Both the position numbers and the translations under genes were made by a program. A model generated the notes under the pieces. That model saw only the letters and a program-made list of their open reading frames with translations, had not been told where the DNA came from and did no database searches. DNA of 39,655 nt from Coriobacteriia bacterium (GTDB lineage Bacteria; Actinomycetota; Coriobacteriia; Coriobacteriales; Eggerthellaceae): NCBI GenBank assembly GCA_030525445.1, contig JAUNEQ010000002.1, positions 1 through 39,655 of the forward strand, read 5' to 3'. Below are positions 35,383 to 39,655 of the stretch, in pieces. Each line of letters opens with the position of its first letter. Within the stretch, counting starts at the first letter, position 1.

Positions 35383-36231
35383 ATGCAGATTGTGAAAACC
35401 GTCGCCGAAGTGCGTGAGGCCGTGCGTGCATGGCGCGCCGAGGGCCTGACCGTGGGCCTGGTGCCCACGATGGGCTTCCTGCACGAGGGCCACAAGAGCC
35501 TCATCGTGCGCGCCGTGGCCGAGAACGACCGCGTCGTGGTAAGCGACTTCGTGAATCCCACGCAGTTCGGCCCGAACGAGGACCTGGAAAGCTATCCGCG
35601 CGACCTCGAGCGCGATGCGGCGTTGTGCGAGGAAGCCGGCGCGGCCCTCGTCTTTAACCCTGAGCCCTCCGAGATGTACGCGCCCGACGCCTGCACCTTC
35701 GTGGACATGGACGCCCTCACGGGCGAGCTTTGCGGCAAGACGCGCCCGACGCACTTCCGCGGCGTGTGTACCGTAGTGTCGAAATTGTTCAACATCGTCA
35801 CGCCCGACGCCGCCTACTTCGGCCAGAAAGACGCGCAGCAGCTTGCCGTTATCCGCCGCATGGTGCGCGACCTCAACTTCGGCCTGCGCGTGGTGGGTTG
35901 CCCCATCGTGCGCGAGGAAGACGGCCTGGCCAAGAGCAGCCGCAACACCTATCTTTCCGCCGATGAACGCCAGGCGGCGCTGTGCCTGTCCCGCGCGATT
36001 TTCGCTGGCCAGAAGCTGGTGGAAGACGGTGAGCGCGATGCTGCCACGGTGACCGAGGCCATGCGCGCCATCATCGAGGCCGAACCGCTCGCTCGCATCG
36101 ACTACGTGAAGATGGTCGACTTCGACAACATCGAGCTCATCGACCACATCGCCGACGGCCAGCCGGTACTGTGCGCCATCGCTGTGTACATCGGCAAGAC
36201 TCGCCTCATCGACAACTTCATCGTGGAGTAG
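35383..36231 (+). CDS. panC: pantoate--beta-alanine ligase
   Basis: GLVPTMGFLHEGH, VVSDFVNPTQF, and FGQKD.QQ. Confidence 0.95.
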   Translation: MQIVKTVAEVREAVRAWRAEGLTVGLVPTMGFLHEGHKSLIVRAVAENDRVVVSDFVNPTQFGPNEDLESYPRDLERDAALCEEAGAALVFNPEPSEMYAPDACTFVDMDALTGELCGKTRPTHFRGVCTVVSKLFNIVTPDAAYFGQKDAQQLAVIRRMVRDLNFGLRVVGCPIVREEDGLAKSSRNTYLSADERQAALCLSRAIFAGQKLVEDGERDAATVTEAMRAIIEAEPLARIDYVKMVDFDNIELIDHIADGQPVLCAIAVYIGKTRLIDNFIVE

Positions 36232-36252
36232 CCTGCAATTCCTGTTGCACCC

Positions 36253-36290
36253 AAACGAGCCGAGGATGCCGTCCTCGGCTCGTTTTGTTG
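36253..36290 (+). terminator. intrinsic terminator of the pan operon
   Basis: 14-bp stem AAACGAGCCGAGGA/TCCTCGGCTCGTTT, loop TGCCG, with a T-rich tail. Confidence 0.8.
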
Positions 36291-36378
36291 TGCTCGGATC
36301 TAGCGGTGACGGGGGGTCAGGCTTAACGTCACTGCCACACGACCGACCGACTATCCTTCCCGCCGTTTTCGCTTCATT

Positions 36379-36387
36379 TGCTACAAT
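36379..36387 (+). promoter_or_regulatory. candidate extended -10 promoter (TGcTACAAT) for the gdx leader
   Basis: TG at 36379-36380, one nt, then TACAAT at 36382-36387. No good -35 box is present. Confidence 0.35.
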
Positions 36388-36408
36388 CTTCTTGTTCGCA
36401 AGCGCGAA

Positions 36409-36450
36409 TCCCGACGAGCGCGGTCGTACCGGGTTAGGACAAGACGATGC
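36409..36450 (+). promoter_or_regulatory. guanidine-III (ykkC-III) riboswitch-like element
   Basis: CCCGACGAGCGCGGTCGTACCGGGTTAGGACAAGACGATGC (36410-36450) is 41 nt. It carries the ACGAG, GUACC and AGGACAAGAC blocks I recall from the guanidine-III consensus. The pseudoknot pair CCCG/CGGG is a compensatory variant of CCGG/CCGG. It sits 20-30 nt upstream of the SD of an SMR/Gdx gene, the usual context. Confidence 0.72.
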
Positions 36451-36483
36451 ATGGCAGGCAACCTTCGAAAAAGGGAGGCGCGT

Positions 36484-36807
36484 ATGGCATGGATCGTTTT
36501 GGTGGCTTCGGGATGCATGGAATGCGTCTGGGCCGTCGCACTCGGAAAATCGGAAGGGTTCTCGCACCCAATTCCCACCATCGTGTTCTTCGTGGCGTGC
36601 GCCCTGAGCATGTTGGGGCTTTCATTTGCCTTGAAGACCCTGCCCGTGGGCACCTCGTACGCCGTGTGGGTGGGCGTGGGCGCTGCCCTCACCATGATTT
36701 ACGGCATGATCGACGGCACCGAATCGATTTCCCTCGTGAAGGTGCTGCTCATCACCGGCCTCATCGGATGCCTCGTGGGCTTGAAGCTTGTCTCGGACGC
36801 CTCATAA
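36484..36807 (+). CDS. gdx: SMR-family guanidinium exporter (SugE/Gdx subtype)
   Basis: Internal ATG 36484 follows GGGAGG. The product is 107 aa with 4 TM helices: MAWIVLVASGCMECVWAVALGKSEGF...LPVGTSYAVWVGVGA. Confidence 0.9.
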   Translation: MAWIVLVASGCMECVWAVALGKSEGFSHPIPTIVFFVACALSMLGLSFALKTLPVGTSYAVWVGVGAALTMIYGMIDGTESISLVKVLLITGLIGCLVGLKLVSDAS

Positions 36808-36836
36808 TTATTGGTACACCGAGAGGAGAGGATCGG

Positions 36837-38153
36837 ATGTTCCGCGGAATGCGTAAAGCGCTTGCTGCCGGCATCGTGGCCGCACTGTTGGCGACCACGG
36901 CATTGGCCGCTGGCTGTGCGACCGGGCCCGAATCATCCCCGAGCGCCGAAACGCCTGCCGCCCCTTCCCCATCCCTGGCCCAATACAGCGCGCAGTTCCC
37001 CTTGCAATGCGAGACCATCCAGCAAACGCGCGTGAACGCCAAGGGCATCCTCATCGGCCACACCGTGGAGAACCTCCAGGAGATCTGCGAGGCGCCGACG
37101 GTGCGCGACCAAAATGGCGACCCGGTGTATGACAAAGACGGCAACGTCCAATACCTCGAAGCGGCCTACTATCCCGAAACCGATCACTACGACATCGATA
37201 AGCTCAGCGATGCCCAGCTGGAGGAGATGAACCTGAAGTCCGGCTGCGTGTCGTGCAAGACCACGCGCTTCAACGACATCTATGCGCAGCAGGGCGCTGC
37301 GGCGTTCGGCAACGTCTATAACGCCGAAGCGCGCGCCATCGTGGACAACGACTATTTCGATTGCACGATGTGCCACGACGGCGAACCCTCCGCCAAAAAC
37401 CTTGCGCCGCAGCTCATGTTCTTCCCGGCTATCGGCGGGGACTTCGTCGCACGGCTCGACCCGAAGAACGCCGTGTGCGGCCAATGCCACAACGCCTACG
37501 ACTACCGCAGCTCCATCCACACCGAAGAAGACCTGCAAACCATCGACGCCTTCCGCAACGGCTACGACGTGGACGGCCTGTTCGAAACCTGCTGGGAAGA
37601 CGGCGTGAACTTCGAGACCGATCCCGCCACGGGCATCACCGAAAGCTACGTGCTGCATCCCACGGTGGAACTGTTCATGGACACGAAGATGCAGGAGCTG
37701 GGCGTGACCTGCGTGGATTGCCACATGCCGCAAAGCACGGCCGAGGACGGCACCACGTTCACGAACCATTTTTCTGCAAACTCCCCGCTGGAGAGCGAGG
37801 ATTCCCTCACCTACTGCCTGAACTGCCACGAGCGCCAGGGCATCGCCTCGACCGAAGACATGGCGGCGTTCGTACGGGCGCAGGAGGCGGAACTCGCCGA
37901 AGGTATGGCCGCGCTTGAAAAGCGGGAGGCCGCATTCAAGAAGGCGCTCGAGCAGGCTGTCGCCAAGACAGGCGCCGACGACCCCGCGCTCGACGACGTG
38001 AAGAAGCTCTACGCAAAAGTGACATGGTACGACATGTGCCTGGTGACCGGGCCTTCCGAAAGCCCCGGATCGCAAGCCGCCATGCTCGATTGGCGCGATA
38101 TCCTAAAGAAGGCACATGCGGCATGCGATGAAGGGATGGCGGCTCTTGCCTGA
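36837..38153 (+). CDS. nrfA: pentahaem cytochrome c nitrite reductase-type protein (NrfA family), probable lipoprotein
   Basis: ATG 36837 follows GAGAGGAGAGG, 29 nt after the gdx stop. The signal peptide ends in TALAAGC. Haem motifs occur in NrfA order: CVSCK (37245-37259, the Lys-ligated active-site type), then CTMCH, CGQCH(NAYDY), CVDCHMP and CLNCH. Confidence 0.85.
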   Translation: MFRGMRKALAAGIVAALLATTALAAGCATGPESSPSAETPAAPSPSLAQYSAQFPLQCETIQQTRVNAKGILIGHTVENLQEICEAPTVRDQNGDPVYDKDGNVQYLEAAYYPETDHYDIDKLSDAQLEEMNLKSGCVSCKTTRFNDIYAQQGAAAFGNVYNAEARAIVDNDYFDCTMCHDGEPSAKNLAPQLMFFPAIGGDFVARLDPKNAVCGQCHNAYDYRSSIHTEEDLQTIDAFRNGYDVDGLFETCWEDGVNFETDPATGITESYVLHPTVELFMDTKMQELGVTCVDCHMPQSTAEDGTTFTNHFSANSPLESEDSLTYCLNCHERQGIASTEDMAAFVRAQEAELAEGMAALEKREAAFKKALEQAVAKTGADDPALDDVKKLYAKVTWYDMCLVTGPSESPGSQAAMLDWRDILKKAHAACDEGMAALA

Positions 38154-39655
38154 CACCGGTCAACAGAAAACGCGGCAAGCCTTCGGACTGCAGTTCAAGG
38201 TCCTCGTGACCCTTGCGGTGCTGTTCACGGTGTTCGTGGTGGCGGCGTTCGCGTGGGGCGCCTCGTTCGTGCATGACAAGAGCCTTGAGGATGCGGAGGC
38301 CCGCGCCGTCGCCCTGAGCGACCAGATGGATGCGGTGTGGGACTACGTCGACGAGAACCAACCCGCCACGAACGTGTACGTGCGCGAACTGGGCGACCAG
38401 GCGCGGGGCCTCGTATGCGTAAGCGCCGTAAAATCCGTCGCCCGCGACTTCAGCCGCGAAAACGACAGCGAGATCCGCGTGGTGGCGTTGATCCCCCGCA
38501 ACAAGGAAGACAGCCCCGATGCCTTCGAACAGGAGGCCCTCGAGGCCTTTGCCGCCGATGAAACGCTTCGGTCGTATTCGGGCGTGAGCGCGAATGACGC
38601 GGGTGAGCAGGTGTACTACTACCTGCGGCCGCGGCACATCACCGCGACCTGCCTCACCTGCCACGGAAACCCTGCCGGCGAGAAAGACCCGCTGGGATAC
38701 GTGAAGGAAGGGTATACCGTGGGCACGGTCGCCGGGGCGGTGAGTGTGCGCGCGCCGCTGAACAGCTACATGGCAAATGCCGGCGAAGGCGCAATTCAAG
38801 GCATCCTGCTCGTGCTCTTGGGCTTGTTGGGCGTCATGGGCGTGATGTACGCCGTATTGCGCGCGACCGTCATCAAGCCCGTGACGCGCGTGTCGGAAGC
38901 CGCTTCCGCCTACCGCCCGGGGAAGGATTCCCCACGCCTGGAGGACACGGACGGCAAGGACGAGATCGCCGCGCTCGCACGGGACTTCAACACGATGGCC
39001 GATGACCTGGACAGCCTGTACACCAACCTCGAGCTGCGCGTCGAGGAGCGCACCGCGGAACTCGCCCGCCTGAACGACGAGCTGCAATCGAAACAGGGGG
39101 AGCTCGCAGCGGCGCTTGCCCAGTTGCAGGACGAGACCGAATACAAGGACCGCCTGTTCGCCTCGCTCTCGCATGACTTGCGCACGCCGCTCGCTTCCAT
39201 CATCGCCTACACGCAGCTCGCCGAAACGAAGATGGATGAATGCGCGCCCGCAGGGCAGGATTTCGATGGCTGCCGCAATCGCGAGACGCTCGAGCGCATC
39301 GCCGACCAGGCGCGCACGCTCGTGGGCATGGTCGACAACATCCTCGCCTTCGCCCGCGCCGAAGCTCAGGGCATCGAGGTGCGTCCCACGGCCGTGGACC
39401 TGGTCGACCTGGCCATGCACCTGCGCGCGACCATGGAACCCATCGCCCAGAAGCGCAGCCAGCATCTGGAAGTGCACGCCGATGCGAGCCTACCGCTCAT
39501 CGAAGCCGACCGCGATCTGCTGATGCGCGTGCTGCACAACCTGGTAAACAACGCCTCGAAGTTCACGCCGTCCGGAGGCGGCATTCGCGTGGAAATCCTA
39601 CTCGAGGAAAGCGAGAACCCCGAAACCGGCATCATCTCGTTCGTCGTCGACGATG
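38116..39655 (+). CDS. sensor histidine kinase with an extracytoplasmic haem-c (CxxCH, DUF3365/Tll0287-like) domain; 3' end outside the window
   Basis: This ORF is absent from the ORF track because no stop codon is reached. My own translation is MRHAMKGWRLLPDTGQQKTRQAFGLQFKVLVTLAVLFTVFVVAAF... The sensor region contains YYYLRPRHITATCLTCHGNP (CLTCH at 38650-38664). A second TM helix is followed by a HAMP domain (DEIAALARDFNTMADDL) and a coiled coil. The H-box is FASLSHDLRTPL and the N-box is LHNLVNNASKFTP. The start is ATG 38116 or 38128, overlapping the nrfA stop at 38153. Confidence 0.85.
   Translation, partial: MRHAMKGWRLLPDTGQQKTRQAFGLQFKVLVTLAVLFTVFVVAAFAWGASFVHDKSLEDAEARAVALSDQMDAVWDYVDENQPATNVYVRELGDQARGLVCVSAVKSVARDFSRENDSEIRVVALIPRNKEDSPDAFEQEALEAFAADETLRSYSGVSANDAGEQVYYYLRPRHITATCLTCHGNPAGEKDPLGYVKEGYTVGTVAGAVSVRAPLNSYMANAGEGAIQGILLVLLGLLGVMGVMYAVLRATVIKPVTRVSEAASAYRPGKDSPRLEDTDGKDEIAALARDFNTMADDLDSLYTNLELRVEERTAELARLNDELQSKQGELAAALAQLQDETEYKDRLFASLSHDLRTPLASIIAYTQLAETKMDECAPAGQDFDGCRNRETLERIADQARTLVGMVDNILAFARAEAQGIEVRPTAVDLVDLAMHLRATMEPIAQKRSQHLEVHADASLPLIEADRDLLMRVLHNLVNNASKFTPSGGGIRVEILLEESENPETGIISFVVDD

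Noticed and set aside
37936-39477. 513-aa minus-strand ORF covering the last 1.5 kb
   Set aside because: The plus strand in the same interval encodes a complete TM-sensor-TM-HAMP-HisKA-HATPase architecture. The minus-strand product has no recognisable domain.

Overview
GC-rich chromosomal segment of a Gram-positive-type anaerobe. Gene content and strong third-position GC bias suggest Actinomycetota, possibly Coriobacteriia, but that is inference only. Most of it is housekeeping. On the minus strand: rpsF-ssb-rpsR, a TatD hydrolase, a MacB/FtsX-type ABC exporter, a cyclase-family gene and thiS-thiF-thiG-thiH-thiE. On the plus strand: a serA-like dehydrogenase, mscL, a secreted xxxLxxG heptad-repeat protein paired with an MMPL transporter, and a trpEGDCFBA operon with a T-box leader. 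Also present: two convergent SDR genes, a zinc-ribbon/TM2 protein, an SRAP (YedK-like) peptidase divergent from a class-II amidotransferase, a DUF362-like gene, and panD divergent from panG-like-panB-panC. The window ends with a guanidine-III-riboswitch-like leader and gdx. These are followed, with no terminator, by a pentahaem NrfA-type cytochrome c lipoprotein and a haem-c (CxxCH) sensor histidine kinase that runs off the window. A small accessory islet at 5.4-7.6 kb holds a Fic protein with a palindromic operator/promoter, a 34-bp perfect inverted repeat and an orphan vsr. I saw no rRNA, tRNA, CRISPR array, transposase or integrase. The items most worth follow-up are: (1) the gdx-nrfA-sensor kinase unit, with no nrfH in the window; (2) two families of shared palindromic motifs at distant loci; (3) an orphan promoter-terminator pair that may be a small RNA; (4) several long inverted-repeat elements in intergenic spacers. 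The start of the kinase gene and all RNA and operator calls come from reading the sequence by eye and need computational confirmation.
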